DNA of 64,000 bases from Phallusia mammillata (lineage: Eukaryota): NCBI GenBank assembly GCA_965637545.1, contig OZ281497.1, positions 17,670,001 through 17,734,000 on the forward strand. Reading direction: 5' to 3'. Of the stretch, positions 63,123-64,000 are shown one piece after another (position 1 is the first letter of the stretch; each line of letters begins with the position of its first letter). Below the pieces are notes generated by a model. The model saw only the letters and a list, made by a program, of their open reading frames with translations. It made no database searches and was not told where the DNA came from. The translations under genes and the position numbers were made by a program.

Positions 63123-64000
63123 CTGCAAAAAATGTATGTAGATTTTGGCCCATCTGAACGGGTTTTCAATCAGCATCCTAACAAAGGACTTGTGCCGCGT
63201 GTGTGAGAGTATGAAGAATAGGCGCCTTGCATGCGGCATCCGTTCGAGATAACATAGCTATATTTGGTTACATGTCCTCAGTAGAGCCCACGCGCTATCG
63301 AAGTTTTCCACAGGCCGTTTTGAAATGATAAAGTACGTCTTATAACAAAAGCATGGAGAGTGATCCATAATGCTTCTGCTGTGTATGTTCGCTTAAAACA
63401 AAAGCATTGCCACTAACGATGACAAAACAGCAACGTTAGTGGATGGTTATTCGGTGTAGCATCACGATTTGAACAAAGGGCACACTATTTTACATTCTTT
63501 GAAGTAACCACACAGAACAGAAGCGCAAGGCGTTTTGTTTTCGTACTTACAAGGTGCGTACAGCTCCCAAGGGAATGACGCACGATATGTAACCGCATAA
63601 CCATCACCGCCCATGCAATATTACTGCTGTTTTCAGCCTACATGACTCACTGTTTCTTTGAGAAATCAATGGTCATATTGATATGTTTCAAAGCAAGTTT
63701 GCCTGGAAACCAATCACGTTGCATTTCGCCAATCGCATGTTTCCTCCCTGTAAAAGCGTTGTTATGTCTCGGTGCCACGATAAATAAACGCATTCCTCCA
63801 AACAATCTAAACCAGTGGCCCACTGGTGGGCCATGGAAGCATTTTGATTGGGCCACAGACCAACCAAATAGAAAGCTTTTTTTAAGAATTTACTATCATT
63901 TGTGTCACTACACTCAATTTTACAAGAATAATGGCTAGGGGAGGAATTGAGAAGGAATGTTTTTATTTTGTTTTTTGTTCTGAACCTATTTTATAGTTGT

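Noticed and set aside
63540-63760. Exon-like segments with AG/GT ends upstream of the SLC6 TM12 exon
   Set aside because: No frame gives SLC6 TM10/TM11-like sequence; the true upstream exons probably lie beyond position 64000.

Overview
Intron-containing eukaryotic DNA, most likely from an ascidian (tunicate). That assignment is inferred from the myosin light-chain C-termini ([15 protein letters not shown]), the compact introns and a three-gene FoxI cluster. The supplied ORF track ignores splicing, so I rebuilt gene models by hand from GT/AG junctions and reading phase. Plus strand: the 3' end of one myosin regulatory light chain (RLC) gene; a complete second RLC gene carrying two homologous 102-nt candidate mutually exclusive exons; and three tandem two-exon FoxI forkhead genes (10.2-41.4 kb), two of which share a 154-nt tract of near-identity suggesting gene conversion. 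Minus strand: KCTD9 (11 exons, one GC-AG intron), a CACUL1-like gene invisible in the ORF track, MAK16, and the last two exons of an SLC6 transporter. Between MAK16 and CACUL1 is a spacer-less ~2.7-kb imperfect palindrome containing a ~194-bp tandem repeat. It is bounded by hAT-type MITEs and appears to duplicate a promoter/first-exon-like segment in inverted orientation. I found no tRNA, rRNA or CRISPR array.
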